A DNA stretch of 64,000 bases from a virus (Duplodnaviria; Caudoviricetes). This document shows positions 14,300-23,935 of the stretch, piece after piece (positions within the stretch are counted from its first letter, which is position 1; each line of letters starts with the position of its first letter). The notes beneath the pieces were generated by a model. The model did not search any database. It was given only the letters and a program-made list of their open reading frames with translations, and was not told the DNA's origin. The stretch covers positions 14,672-78,671 of IMG/VR virus record IMGVR_UViG_2862830631_000005; one strand, written 5' to 3'. The translations under genes were made by a program, and so were the position numbers.

Positions 14300-14760
14300 T
14301 GCTCACCACATCCGTTCCGCTTGTCGAATCGCTTCCAGTGGATCCATCCCTGTGGGCAGTGGAATCCCCACGAGCGGATCTTCGGGCCGGTGAAAATCAA
14401 TGTCCAGGCCGGCTTGTCGCGGCGCACGAAGCCGTCGACCCAGGTCTTCCAGACGCCCGGAACCTTGGCCTCCACTATCTTGGTGTCCAACTCAACGCGG
14501 TGCGCGGTATCAGCTCTGCGGATTGCGAACGACCCGGGCCGCCGCCACCTCATCCAGCCGTCCTCACGGTGCTCCCAGTACCCACCCCTGAGGACTAGTG
14601 ACGCGAACCACCACGGGTGGTCATGTAGAGCTCTGTCTTCATCGGATGACAGGAAGTGATGAAGGTAGATGTTGAAGAACTTGTTCCGTGGAATGATGTG
14701 CCAGCGGCGAAGGTAAGCGCCCCCACTGCTATTCATCAGGACGACATTCGGAGCCTTCAC
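14296..14760 (-). CDS. cupin-like phage protein
   Basis: YLHHFLSSDEDRALHDHPW...GGYWE...HRVEL. Confidence 0.75.
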   Translation of the reverse strand: MKAPNVVLMNSSGGAYLRRWHIIPRNKFFNIYLHHFLSSDEDRALHDHPWWFASLVLRGGYWEHREDGWMRWRRPGSFAIRRADTAHRVELDTKIVEAKVPGVWKTWVDGFVRRDKPAWTLIFTGPKIRSWGFHCPQGWIHWKRFDKRNGCGEQ

Positions 14761-14939
14761 AGTCCCCTCACCTTCTTCTCAACTTCCCAGGCGATGTCGA
14801 GTGCGTGGTCGAGGACCAACACTGCGGTGGAGAAGACGGCAGCTGTGGGTGCCCACTGCAGCACTGGCTTGCAGAGCTGAACACCGTGAAACCTCTCGAT
14901 CGGAGGCATGATGATGTCCGCCACTTTGTCCGTAATCAC
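14757..14939 (-). CDS. hypothetical protein
   Basis: GTG start overlapping the upstream stop. Confidence 0.5.
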   Translation of the reverse strand: MITDKVADIIMPPIERFHGVQLCKPVLQWAPTAAVFSTAVLVLDHALDIAWEVEKKVRGL

Positions 14940-15172
14940 TTGATCGCCTGCATGATTCGTCGGGCGATCCACGGAATGGAGATGACCTGCGTCGGCATGC
15001 CGCCGCGTTCGCATTCCTCGTTTTGCTTGGACCAGTGGGTAACGATCGTCTCTACGTCGCGGAGCTTGGCCTCAGCCTTGTCTGCGCGCGCAGTCTCAAG
15101 GCTCACCTTCTGAGTGAGGTACCTGACTTGACCATCGAGAGACACGTAACCGCCCCAGTAGAACTCATCCAT
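14936..15172 (-). CDS. hypothetical protein
   Basis: ORF directly below a predicted promoter. Confidence 0.6.
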   Translation of the reverse strand: MDEFYWGGYVSLDGQVRYLTQKVSLETARADKAEAKLRDVETIVTHWSKQNEECERGGMPTQVISIPWIARRIMQAIK

Positions 15173-15181
15173 CGGAAAGTG

Positions 15182-15213
15182 AGTCTACGGAGCGGTTTTG
15201 AGTGTGAAACAGG
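15182..15213 (-). promoter_or_regulatory. putative promoter
   Basis: CCTGTTTCAC-N16-TAGACT. Confidence 0.7.
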
Positions 15214-15340
15214 TGAAAAAGTAGAACCCCCCTCGGCGGCGCGTGGACGGCGTCAAGAACATCGAGGGGGGTGCCACCCCGGAGCTAACTCAACAGGGGG
15301 CCATCTCTAGTATACCAGGACACTAAGATGGCCTAACTAG

Positions 15341-15952
15341 TTAGACTCCGAGAGTTGAAAACAGTTCGCGCAGAACGACATTGAACCACGTCGCCTTGCG
15401 GTCCATCTGTGGGGCAAGCTCATCCGCCTTCAACGACGGATTACGCAGCACAAGGTTGACAACCTTCATGCACTCGCCGTGGTCGTGGGAGCCCAAGTAG
15501 CTCCCCAGGTCGAGTTCAAACCCCGGCTTCGACATCAGCAGGTCGCGGGCCTCGCGGGCACGACGCAGACGGTCCTGGTACTTCTTGTTGATCGCAGGGT
15601 TCGGGTGGAGCTGGCTAGTGTCCTCAATCCCGCTGGACGACACAAAACCCTTGATCTGCAACCACACCGGTCGCTGGGCCAGACGTTCCGCCTCGGTCAT
15701 TCCGCCCCACACGCCGTACTGCTCATCGTTCGACAGGGCGAACTCGGCGCAGTCCTGCTTCACCGGACAGATCTCACAGATCTGCTTCGCCTCGGCCTCG
15801 GAGCGAGACACCATGACATCAGCGAGCGTCGGGTCAATCCCCTCCTCGAGGAGGTCGTCCCGGGAATCGAAGTGCGTGTCTTCGGGCTCACACAACCCGC
15901 GTGAACGCCAATCCATGTCCTGTGCGTTGATTCCAAGCGTGGCAGTCACCAC
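15341..15952 (-). CDS. WhiB family transcription factor with C-terminal extension
   Basis: WRSRGLC...AKQICEICPVKQDC...GVWGGMTEAER. Confidence 0.9.
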   Translation of the reverse strand: MVTATLGINAQDMDWRSRGLCEPEDTHFDSRDDLLEEGIDPTLADVMVSRSEAEAKQICEICPVKQDCAEFALSNDEQYGVWGGMTEAERLAQRPVWLQIKGFVSSSGIEDTSQLHPNPAINKKYQDRLRRAREARDLLMSKPGFELDLGSYLGSHDHGECMKVVNLVLRNPSLKADELAPQMDRKATWFNVVLRELFSTLGV

Positions 15953-15968
15953 AATCTCCTTGCTCCCT

Positions 15969-16343
15969 TTAGGTGACCGGAGTGACCGGCACCTTCTTAA
16001 TCAATGCAACCAACTCGGCAACCGTCATCGACACCCACTGCTTCATGGGGTCTGTGGTTCCCTTGCGCTTGTGGATGAAAATCCCCGCCAGCGCCCCGGC
16101 GTTCACGGCCTGCTTCTTCGCGTCTCCTGTTCCATCCGGCAGGTCCAATCGGGCAACATCCTTAGTCTGAATAACTAAATCGTGGCCGTCGATTCGGACG
16201 TTGACGATGTCGCCCTTATCCTTCGCCCCCCAGCGTGGCGCGCGCTGAATGTTTGGATCCCCCAGCGCTTCGCGCAGCCCCTTGGCAATCAAGGATTCGA
16301 ACGCCGAGCCCGCCTGACGTGCGGACTTTGGCTTCCGAGCCAT
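15969..16343 (-). CDS. Holliday junction resolvase (PD-(D/E)xK type)
   Basis: GSAFE...DKGDI...VIQTK...HKRKG. Confidence 0.75.
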   Translation of the reverse strand: MARKPKSARQAGSAFESLIAKGLREALGDPNIQRAPRWGAKDKGDIVNVRIDGHDLVIQTKDVARLDLPDGTGDAKKQAVNAGALAGIFIHKRKGTTDPMKQWVSMTVAELVALIKKVPVTPVT

Positions 16344-16485
16344 AGTTCCAGCTACCTTCCGATACAGGCGTACCGTGCTGTCTACGTAGCCTCTGGCCTG
16401 ACGCTGTCAACATCACGGAGGTTACGTTAGCAGTGGGGTACGACAAACTTACGTAGGGGTTAGCGCGAGTCATATAACGGTTATG

Positions 16486-16848
16486 TCACAGGATGAGATC
16501 CGGCCGGCAAGCCTCCTCGAATGGCAGCGAGTCGATGAGATCCTGCCGCACCTGACTAACCTCACGCTCACGATCAGCGCGACGGCCCTTGGCCGCGGGC
16601 GTAGGCAGCCAGACACCAGCCACCCACACCGAATGCTCCTTGTTGTCGACACAGTTCGCCTTGATGCACTCCGGGCGAACAGGGCACATGCCGCAGACCC
16701 TGTCAATGACCTCGCGATCAGCTACCGGCTTCGGCACCTCATCTGGCCAGCGTATTTCGTCATCACGCGTGGGCGGGAGCGTATGGTCAACAGAACCGTC
16801 ACATGACGCATGTTGCACATACTCATCCCTCGTGCGCCACATCTTCAT
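16486..16848 (-). CDS. WhiB-like protein
   Basis: ASC...VCGMCPVRPEC...VWVAGVWL. Confidence 0.75.
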   Translation of the reverse strand: MKMWRTRDEYVQHASCDGSVDHTLPPTRDDEIRWPDEVPKPVADREVIDRVCGMCPVRPECIKANCVDNKEHSVWVAGVWLPTPAAKGRRADREREVSQVRQDLIDSLPFEEACRPDLIL

Positions 16849-18146
16849 GCGCCCACCGCGTAAAACCCGGGATCGAATCGAGCCTGGTCGAACCGCTCAA
16901 TCAACCTCAACGTTCCCTCGGTACCAGTACGGTTCTTAACCACCGTCAGGTTCATCATCGGGATCTTCGACTCCTCGCCGTTCTCGTCGGCCGGCCGCGA
17001 CAGGACCCACGCAACGTCGGCCGTCTGCTCAAGTCCGCCAGACTCACGAAAGTCTGACTTCACCGGTAGTCGCGGCTTACCGCGGGGATCCTCCAGATTC
17101 CGGTTGAGCTGGGCCGCCATCACCACCACACAGTCCAGCTTGCGGGCGATATTGCGGGCCGCCTGTGCAATATGCGCGACCTGCTGCTCGCGGTTGTCGC
17201 CCTTCGACATCTGCAAGTACTGGGCGTAGTCGATGAACACGCAGTCAAGGCCCTTGCGCTGCTTATGAATCCGACACGCCTGTGCGATCTCCTCGATCGT
17301 GTAATCCGGGGTGTCGTCCACCTCGAAACTCATCCCAGCCGACGCACCAACCCACTGGGAGATCTTCTGCATTGTGTCCGGGGACATCTTGCGCGAAGTG
17401 AGCTCACGGTAGGGGACATGAGCACCGCAGGCCAGCACGCGGCCCATGAGATCTTCCTTGGACAGCTCAAGGGAGAAGACAAGCGTATTCTGGTGCATGA
17501 GAGCGCAATACAACCCGATCTGGGCGCCCATGATTGTCTTTCCGCAACCCGGGCGAGCACCAATCAGGTAGAGACGCTGGCGCTGCAGGCCACCGTTCAG
17601 CTTCTGGTTGAGATGCGGCCATGGCGTCTCCAAAGACGGGCGGTCATCATCCTGGTGTTCAGTCCAGTTGACGAACAGGTCATGGAACGACATCGAAGTC
17701 GCTTCCTGCTCTTCATCAACGTCATCGAGGAACGTGCGGATATCTTCCAGCGCGGCGGGGACCTCATCCGCGTCCGACGTGATCGCCAGCATGCGGCGTC
17801 CAAGATCCTGGGCCTTACGGAGCTTCCACTGATCCTTAATGATGTCCGCGTAGTACGAAACCCCAGCAGATACCGGGGCCTCTTCCATGCACTGATGCAG
17901 GTACGGTGCGCCACCAGCCCGTCGAAGCTCATTGTTCTTCCGCAGCTTCGCGAAAACGGTAGCGGCGTCGATATCTTCGCCGTCCAGGTACATGACCTGG
18001 ATCGTCTCGAAGAGCAGCTGATTCGCGGGAAGGTAGAAGTGCTTCCCCTGGATACCCTTTAGGTCGCCGAAGACTCCGGAATTGTGGAGGATTGCACCGA
18101 TGACACCGCGTTCTGCTCGGGGGTCGTGGGCTGGCTGGTCTGACAC
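16845..18146 (-). CDS. dnaB: DnaB-like replicative helicase
   Basis: GARPGCGKT Walker A, FIDYAQ, AQLNR, FRESGGLEQTAD. Confidence 0.95.
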   Translation of the reverse strand: MSDQPAHDPRAERGVIGAILHNSGVFGDLKGIQGKHFYLPANQLLFETIQVMYLDGEDIDAATVFAKLRKNNELRRAGGAPYLHQCMEEAPVSAGVSYYADIIKDQWKLRKAQDLGRRMLAITSDADEVPAALEDIRTFLDDVDEEQEATSMSFHDLFVNWTEHQDDDRPSLETPWPHLNQKLNGGLQRQRLYLIGARPGCGKTIMGAQIGLYCALMHQNTLVFSLELSKEDLMGRVLACGAHVPYRELTSRKMSPDTMQKISQWVGASAGMSFEVDDTPDYTIEEIAQACRIHKQRKGLDCVFIDYAQYLQMSKGDNREQQVAHIAQAARNIARKLDCVVVMAAQLNRNLEDPRGKPRLPVKSDFRESGGLEQTADVAWVLSRPADENGEESKIPMMNLTVVKNRTGTEGTLRLIERFDQARFDPGFYAVGA

Positions 18147-18634
18147 TCCGGGAACTTGCTCCTAACAACCTCGGTGATCCACAGGCGCGCCTGCTCCTTG
18201 AACCAGATCGACAGCGCCTCCTCGACGGTCACACCGGGCGTGAAGTTCTCGAAGATCTCATCAGGCGGATACACCTTCGGCATCGAGATCTGGAAACGAT
18301 CTTCGACTGCCTTCACATTCGCGGTAGACCACTGCTGGCGCAACCACTTCAGCTGCGCCTCTGACTCGTCGGCGAACAGATCGGTGTCGTCGTAACGCCC
18401 CTGCTGAAGCCAACGATGTGGTGCTGGGACGTAGGTGAGATCTTCCCCGACCTCAGTCGAGTAACGCTTGGCCGCCTTGACGATGTGATGCAGGTCCGCG
18501 CCCTGTTCGGCGAGCTGCGAGAACACACGCTCAGCTTCAGTCGGCGCGACATGCTTCGGGTACGCCGCCCAGAACGCGTCGAAAGCCTTGCGATGCTTCC
18601 TACGTGCCTGGGCCGGCGTCAGCCTCTCGATCAC
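18059..18634 (-). CDS. putative replication initiator/helicase loader
   Basis: FDAFWAAYPK...YVPAPHRWLQQGRYDD; lies upstream of dnaB. Confidence 0.65.
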   Translation of the reverse strand: MIERLTPAQARRKHRKAFDAFWAAYPKHVAPTEAERVFSQLAEQGADLHHIVKAAKRYSTEVGEDLTYVPAPHRWLQQGRYDDTDLFADESEAQLKWLRQQWSTANVKAVEDRFQISMPKVYPPDEIFENFTPGVTVEEALSIWFKEQARLWITEVVRSKFPECQTSQPTTPEQNAVSSVQSSTIPESSAT

Positions 18635-19050
18635 CAGTCAGGGGTGTCGTTCGATCCCCACGGATCCGCGGCCTGAGTGGACCCGGAAGACTGGCCACGG
18701 TCGATGCGGGCCGTTGCGAAGCGCAGGCTCGGGCCGATCTCGTACAGCTCGACCTCAAGCACGGTGCGGTTCTGACCGTCCTTCTCGTAGCTGCGCTGCT
18801 TCAGGACTCCGGTGCCGATGACCTTCGACCCCTTCGTGAGTGTCTCCGCGACATGCTCAGCGTAGTCACCCCAGATGCTGCACCGCAGGAACGTGGCGTC
18901 GCCGTCCTCCCACTGGCCGGTCTGCTGATTCTTGCGGCGAGAGTTGTTGGCGATGTTCATCGAAGCGACCGCCTTGCCGCCCTGCGTGAACCGCAACTCA
19001 GGGTCAGCGGTCAGCGTCCCATCCTTGATCGTTACCTCAGGCAGGCTCAA
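18631..19050 (-). CDS. ssb: single-stranded DNA-binding protein
   Basis: LTADPELRFT...GVLKQRSYE...EIGPSLR; acidic tail. Confidence 0.95.
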   Translation of the reverse strand: MSLPEVTIKDGTLTADPELRFTQGGKAVASMNIANNSRRKNQQTGQWEDGDATFLRCSIWGDYAEHVAETLTKGSKVIGTGVLKQRSYEKDGQNRTVLEVELYEIGPSLRFATARIDRGQSSGSTQAADPWGSNDTPDW

Positions 19051-19424
19051 TGTTCATCCCCTTCGACGTGCCAGTCTTCAAGCTCGTAGTTCGCTAGTCG
19101 TTGGTCAGTGTAGGAGGGCTCATCTGGCGTGAAACAGGTAGAAAAACGCCGGTACAACAGCACCGGGACAGTCGCGGGATCCTCCCACGACTTCAGCGCG
19201 AATCCCTCTTCGCGGGCGAGCCTGGGGTGCGACTCAATCCACCCATGACAGCCCGTCGTACCTGATCCACAGACGGCCGTGATGTTTGTGAGCGACCAAG
19301 GTCCGCCATGGCTGCGCTTAACACGGTGGTGCATAGTAGTAGGGCCGTATCGACCGCAGCGTTCACAACGGCCACCTGATCGCTGCGCGACAAGCCGTCG
19401 AGCTTCCCGCTCATCCCTTCTCAC
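19047..19424 (-). CDS. HNH endonuclease
   Basis: CERCG...HHRVKRSHGG...CGSGTTGCHGWIE. Confidence 0.88.
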   Translation of the reverse strand: MRRDEREARRLVAQRSGGRCERCGRYGPTTMHHRVKRSHGGPWSLTNITAVCGSGTTGCHGWIESHPRLAREEGFALKSWEDPATVPVLLYRRFSTCFTPDEPSYTDQRLANYELEDWHVEGDEH

Positions 19425-19593
19425 GCCGCCTGCTGTTCAGTTCCTCGCAGTGGTGTGCTCGCATGCGCTTGAGGACAGTTCCAAACTTCTCCGTCCGACC
19501 GGAGAACACCAGCTGCCCATTCTTGTCGTACACAGGAGCCCCGTCAGGAAGTCGCGCCGGCATCGCTGGCGCGTGGAAGTGTGACGGCCTCAT
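19411..19593 (-). CDS. hypothetical protein
   Basis: Coupled small ORF. Confidence 0.5.
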   Translation of the reverse strand: MRPSHFHAPAMPARLPDGAPVYDKNGQLVFSGRTEKFGTVLKRMRAHHCEELNSRRREKG

Positions 19594-19952
19594 CGACCCA
19601 CCGACCTGTACTCGATGTCGAAATCGTGGTCACCCTCCAGGTGTGAGTAGGGGAACCAGCGCCGCGGGAACTCCCAACCGTGCGCCTCGAACCACTCCTG
19701 ATCCCATTCGGGTGTCGCAGTGGCCCAGGCATACTCACCGTCGGGCATCATCGCCACGGATGTCCGGACGTTGACCTCCTCGCCGAACTCGCGCATGTAG
19801 TCGCCCATGTAGTCGCAGTACCACGCCCCAGGCTTCAGGTCGATCTCGACCAGGCCGTCATGATCCCTGTCAAGCACCCAGCGGCGCAGAAAATTGTGTG
19901 CAAAGAACGCTGCTACCGCGCCGAGCACGGTGGCAATGAGCTTCTTCACCAT
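19590..19952 (-). CDS. hypothetical membrane-anchored protein
   Basis: N-terminal hydrophobic segment. Confidence 0.65.
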   Translation of the reverse strand: MVKKLIATVLGAVAAFFAHNFLRRWVLDRDHDGLVEIDLKPGAWYCDYMGDYMREFGEEVNVRTSVAMMPDGEYAWATATPEWDQEWFEAHGWEFPRRWFPYSHLEGDHDFDIEYRSVGR

Positions 19953-20446
19953 GGCTTCTCCTCAAGATCCTCAGGAACTTCCTGGGTGATGTCAGTTGTG
20001 GTAGACGACCAGCTGCGCAGACGGCCGCCCGTGGGCTCTGGCCCCGGGGCCCAGCGGGCAACGACCTTCACGCCGAGCTGGAAGTTCTCCAGATCGTTCG
20101 GCATGTACTTGTCTGCGAATGCCCACGCGAGTCGCGTATCGATGAGACGGTAAGACACCCAACCGTTCTTGGCGTACAAGGTGAGCAACGGAACCCCGAA
20201 TGGGGTAGTCGACACCTCCACCAGCGGGTCGGTCCACTCCACTCCGAATCCGCGGCGAAGCAACGTCACGTTCGGAGCTGCCAGGCAAACACCGTCCTCG
20301 ACAACAAGATTGTCGACAGGACCGTACGCGGACATGACGATGTCGTTGTAGTGCTCGACTCCATCAGAGTCCACATACCCGTCAGGGCCGTACGGGCCCG
20401 TGATCGTCAGGAGTTCCTTCTTCACCAAGTTCACGGGTCCACTCAT
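19946..20446 (-). CDS. hypothetical protein
   Basis: AAGGTG RBS-like sequence before MSGPVNLV. Confidence 0.65.
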   Translation of the reverse strand: MSGPVNLVKKELLTITGPYGPDGYVDSDGVEHYNDIVMSAYGPVDNLVVEDGVCLAAPNVTLLRRGFGVEWTDPLVEVSTTPFGVPLLTLYAKNGWVSYRLIDTRLAWAFADKYMPNDLENFQLGVKVVARWAPGPEPTGGRLRSWSSTTTDITQEVPEDLEEKPW

Positions 20447-20726
20447 CGAAATCACCTTCCCGTTTCTCGCTCTCGGCGGTGCGCGCATTCAGCCATCGCC
20501 TCAAAGCTTCCGCAGCTGCCGCTGTGTACTTGGGGCCGCTCTTCAGGCCCTTCTTCTGCAGCACTTCCCGACGTTCCCTGTCGTACATGTCGAGTAGCGC
20601 CCGCACGTTTTCGACCTTGCCGGCGGGGTAGTCTGTGGTCTCTTCCACCTCGGCGATCGTCAACGAGAACGCCACGAAGAGCAGCTCCGCAATCCTCAGC
20701 GGGACAGTGGGTTCACCGGTCGCCAT
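20382..20726 (-). CDS. hypothetical protein
   Basis: ORF in a contiguous operon. Confidence 0.6.
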   Translation of the reverse strand: MATGEPTVPLRIAELLFVAFSLTIAEVEETTDYPAGKVENVRALLDMYDRERREVLQKKGLKSGPKYTAAAAEALRRWLNARTAESEKREGDFDEWTRELGEEGTPDDHGPVRP

Positions 20727-21069
20727 CGTCGTTCATGTCGTCCTCGAGCTTGGAGAACAGGTCGTCGGCGAACTCCTGCTGGGCCGCGCGGATCTCCTCG
20801 CGCAGATGCTCTTCCATCACGATCGACAGTGCGTTCGCCTGGTAGGCGGCCTCCAGGCCGTAGTTCGAGATGATGTAGCTGGCCAGCGTAGTGTTGTACA
20901 CGTCGAGCCATGCAGCGATCGCATTTCGGTACTGGTCGGGGATCCGAGAGTGACTGCTCAGCATATCCAGGAAGACCCGCGGCCAATCGGCCAGACCGTG
21001 CGGCAACATCACCCCACCAATGGGACTGTTTTCCGGCAACTGCATCGGCTCAGGTAGCTTGTTAGCCAC
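20713..21069 (-). CDS. hypothetical protein
   Basis: GAGGA RBS before GTG. Confidence 0.65.
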   Translation of the reverse strand: MANKLPEPMQLPENSPIGGVMLPHGLADWPRVFLDMLSSHSRIPDQYRNAIAAWLDVYNTTLASYIISNYGLEAAYQANALSIVMEEHLREEIRAAQQEFADDLFSKLEDDMNDDGDR

Positions 21070-21229
21070 GACTATTCCTCTCTGCCTCGGTGATCCCAGC
21101 GAGAAAGTCACCCACCGCGGACGGCGGCATAATCGCTGAGACATTCACGCGCACAAGACCACTCTCGTACAACTCCGTATCGGTGTTGCTGACACTGACC
21201 TGCTTCGGCCACGCTGTAGGCCAACTCAC
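21062..21229 (-). CDS. hypothetical protein
   Basis: GTGA overlap with the upstream stop. Confidence 0.5.
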   Translation of the reverse strand: MSWPTAWPKQVSVSNTDTELYESGLVRVNVSAIMPPSAVGDFLAGITEAERNSRG

Positions 21230-21597
21230 GAGAACGCTCCAATGTTCAACAACTTGTTCCGCAGTGCGAGATTGATGGCGTCCTTCTCCAATGAATGGAT
21301 TCGGCGCTCGCACAACCCAAGCTGGGCGTGCGCAATGTCCATCTTGATCCGGGCGTCGATTACGGCCGGTTCCGTCTGCGCGTAAGCCTTCGCCTTACCG
21401 ACAGCTCCACCCCAGCGCATCGTCGCCTCAGCTTCCTTGAGGGCGTGCTGGGTTTCGAAGTAGCGCGCCTGTGCTCGGTGCCAGGCGATCATCTTGTCCC
21501 ACTTGTCAACCAGGTAGGAGTTCTTGTCCAGGCGCGTGTCGAGGAGATAGGGATTCATCTCCGTGTAGACGTACTCGGCGTCGTCATCCCAGGTCAT
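21226..21597 (-). CDS. hypothetical coiled-coil protein
   Basis: TGATG coupling to the clpP-like gene. Confidence 0.65.
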   Translation of the reverse strand: MTWDDDAEYVYTEMNPYLLDTRLDKNSYLVDKWDKMIAWHRAQARYFETQHALKEAEATMRWGGAVGKAKAYAQTEPAVIDARIKMDIAHAQLGLCERRIHSLEKDAINLALRNKLLNIGAFS

Positions 21598-22118
21598 CAG
21601 GCAACCTCGTCAACCAGCTGAAGACTCAATGCTTCAGATCCGAGGATCTCGCGGTCCCAGGGCTGCGAGAGTGACCTGATGTCCCAGTAGGAAACCCCAC
21701 AACGCTCGGCGATCAGTTCAGCGGTGCGGCGCTCATAGTTCTCCATTGATTCCAACCTGGCCTTCAGGACCGACTGAAATTCGTCGCGCGCACTCATCGA
21801 CGGCTCGTGCCACATCTGCACATCGAGCTCGCCCTGGACGCGATGATCGCCGGCCTGAACCAGCAGGGTTGCGATCGATCCAGCCCACCCACGAACCTTC
21901 GTGACGATGTGGAATCGCCCATTGCCGGCGTGCTCAGAAAGTGCCCGCAACTCAGAGAACAGCGCTGTACCGTCAGGGACCGATCCGCCACCACTGTTGA
22001 TGATGAACTCGATCTCCTTGATCGATGGATGATCTGCGATATCCCGTAGCTCCATGATGGCCGCGCGCACGGACTCCTCATCGACCTCTGCGTCAAAGTA
22101 GATGGAATGCGTGCTCAT
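21597..22118 (-). CDS. ClpP-like protease
   Basis: IINSGGGSV; GWAGSIAT (catalytic Ser); MWHEP (His); EALSLQLVD. Confidence 0.85.
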   Translation of the reverse strand: MSTHSIYFDAEVDEESVRAAIMELRDIADHPSIKEIEFIINSGGGSVPDGTALFSELRALSEHAGNGRFHIVTKVRGWAGSIATLLVQAGDHRVQGELDVQMWHEPSMSARDEFQSVLKARLESMENYERRTAELIAERCGVSYWDIRSLSQPWDREILGSEALSLQLVDEVA

Positions 22119-23017
22119 AGCGTGATCCTCTTGAACTCAGGGACGATTCGGAGCTTGCGCGCCCACTGGCCGCACCTGACGATGTCTCGCCCGCGGCCCA
22201 GCGGAACCATGTGGATGGTCCACACCCACTCACCCCAGTCGTCGGGCTGCTGAGGGCAGTGGAACATCAATGCGGTGGCATAGTCACAGTCATGCGAGGC
22301 AAACTCGGCTGTACTGTCTGCGTTGGGATACCAGTCCGCCCATGGGATGCTCTGGCACACAATGTCATCCCGGTACAGCTGCCCCTCGACGTAGAGGGCG
22401 AGCTGGCCCGACACACCCATTCGGTATGCGTCGTCCTTACCGGTCTTGATGTCAACCATGTAGCGCTCGCCGTCAATCTCGGCGATACGGTCAGCTGAGC
22501 CGGCGGCCCGCAGGGTCGACTGCCGGCCATCGGGCAGTAGGATCGTCCGGTTCGCCTGCAGGAATACCTCGCGAGCGAGGATCCTCAACCGTGAACTCGA
22601 AGCGATGTACTTGTGGTAGCCATCCAACGGGCCCTTGAACTCCTCCGGAACCAGAGACCAGTCCAGAGTGTCCGTCTCCACAGCCTCACAGAAGTCGTGG
22701 ATAGCGGTGCCGCGGTCAGCCTTCGTGTCCGACCCGCCGATCTTCTCCGCAGTGCCGATGACATCCTTGAAGTCACCCTTTGCGGTGTCCCAGTCGCCAC
22801 CCTTGGCTACCAACGCCTTGACGCGCGCCTCAACAGACTTGTCGCGCGCCATGCCGATCATGGCCTTCGTCTGGTAGTACTGGAACAGCCCGTCCGACGC
22901 CTTGTCGATGTCCTTCGCTAGCGTCGAGGGTCGCGAATATCCGATGCGCTTGCCACCCTCCGGTGGGTAGAGCATCGGTCGCTTGTAGCGATCCCGAGGG
23001 ATGTTCCAGTCGGTGAT
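22115..23017 (-). CDS. RecE/Cas4-like PD-(D/E)xK exonuclease (probable non-canonical start)
   Basis: RGTAIH, AGSADRI, VDIKTG, QLALY; the frame extends upstream to ATC-ACC-GAC-TGG after AGGA. Confidence 0.82.
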   Translation of the reverse strand: MTDWNIPRDRYKRPMLYPPEGGKRIGYSRPSTLAKDIDKASDGLFQYYQTKAMIGMARDKSVEARVKALVAKGGDWDTAKGDFKDVIGTAEKIGGSDTKADRGTAIHDFCEAVETDTLDWSLVPEEFKGPLDGYHKYIASSSRLRILAREVFLQANRTILLPDGRQSTLRAAGSADRIAEIDGERYMVDIKTGKDDAYRMGVSGQLALYVEGQLYRDDIVCQSIPWADWYPNADSTAEFASHDCDYATALMFHCPQQPDDWGEWVWTIHMVPLGRGRDIVRCGQWARKLRIVPEFKRITL

Positions 23018-23027
23018 GGTTGTATTC

Positions 23028-23096
23028 CTAAGAGGCGAAGAGTAGGACGGCTATCAGCAACCAAAAGCCAACGAGCATAACGTAATACTGGCTCAC
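23028..23096 (-). CDS. 22-aa membrane peptide
   Basis: MSQYYVMLVGFWLLIAVLLFAS*, GTGA-coupled. Confidence 0.45.
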   Translation of the reverse strand: MSQYYVMLVGFWLLIAVLLFAS

Positions 23097-23173
23097 GGCA
23101 TTGAGAGGACGACGATGAGCAAGGCGAGGCCGATGGAGAAGAGGTAGCTCGACAGCACGTAGCCGCCTTCCAT
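23093..23173 (-). CDS. 26-aa membrane peptide
   Basis: MEGGYVLSSYLFSIGLALLIVVLSMP*. Confidence 0.45.
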   Translation of the reverse strand: MEGGYVLSSYLFSIGLALLIVVLSMP

Positions 23174-23175
23174 CT

Positions 23176-23850
23176 TTACTTCTCCTCCGCGCCGAGAACG
23201 TTCTTCGCTACCAGCTCGCGGTAGTGGTCGGCGGTGGCGCTCAACGCCTCCACATTCGTTGAGGTCAGCAGGTTCTCGCCGTACTTCTCCTTGAAGTAGG
23301 CGGTTGCCTCCTTGGAGGTCTGACCCGCTTCCTTCACCGCGTCCTTGACGACCGCGAGAGCCTTTCGGACAGCAGCAGTCTGGGCGTCATCGGCGTTCGG
23401 TGCAGGCTTCGGGCGGGACTTCGCACGCCCAGAGGCCGCGTTGCCGTCATCGTCATTGTCGGCGACCAAGCCGAGGACAGCCATGTAGGCGTAGCGGCGC
23501 GCGTAGGTGATCGCCGAGCCCTGCGCCTGCGGGTCGTTCTTCACAGGCCGAAGGATCATCTCCGAGGTGATGGAGTCCCATCCGGAGGCCCCACCCTCCC
23601 ATACCACAACGGTGCGCAAGGTGTCGTACGGCTTGCCCTCGATGACGGTGTAGCTGGGCAGCTGCGTGACGGCCAGCCCATGCTTGGCCAGGACCGGCTG
23701 AGCTTCCTTCATCACCGCGGGAAGGTCGGCGTAGGTGCTCTTGAAGAACGGGTTCGCCGTATCCTTCGCAACGACGCCGAACTCGGCCTGCGCGGCAACG
23801 AGTGCCTCGGTGAGTCTGCCGTGGATGTACTTGCTTTCAGTCTCGGTCAA
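23176..23850 (-). CDS. ERF family ssDNA-annealing recombinase
   Basis: NPFFKSTYADL...DPQAQGSAITYARRY...DDDGN. Confidence 0.93.
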   Translation of the reverse strand: MTETESKYIHGRLTEALVAAQAEFGVVAKDTANPFFKSTYADLPAVMKEAQPVLAKHGLAVTQLPSYTVIEGKPYDTLRTVVVWEGGASGWDSITSEMILRPVKNDPQAQGSAITYARRYAYMAVLGLVADNDDDGNAASGRAKSRPKPAPNADDAQTAAVRKALAVVKDAVKEAGQTSKEATAYFKEKYGENLLTSTNVEALSATADHYRELVAKNVLGAEEK

Positions 23851-23935
23851 AGAGGGCTCCTGCGTAGAGAATTAGCCCGAATGGCACCCATAGTTGCCAC
23901 GGGATGAAGAAGATCGGACTGATGAGGTCAGTCAA
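23837..23935 (-). CDS. 32-aa membrane peptide
   Basis: MTDLISPIFFIPWQLWVPFGLILYAGALFDRD*. Confidence 0.4.
   Translation of the reverse strand: MTDLISPIFFIPWQLWVPFGLILYAGALFDRD

Noticed and set aside
22115-23017. Cas4/CRISPR system
   Set aside because: No repeat-spacer array or other cas genes; adjacency to ERF indicates a recombination exonuclease
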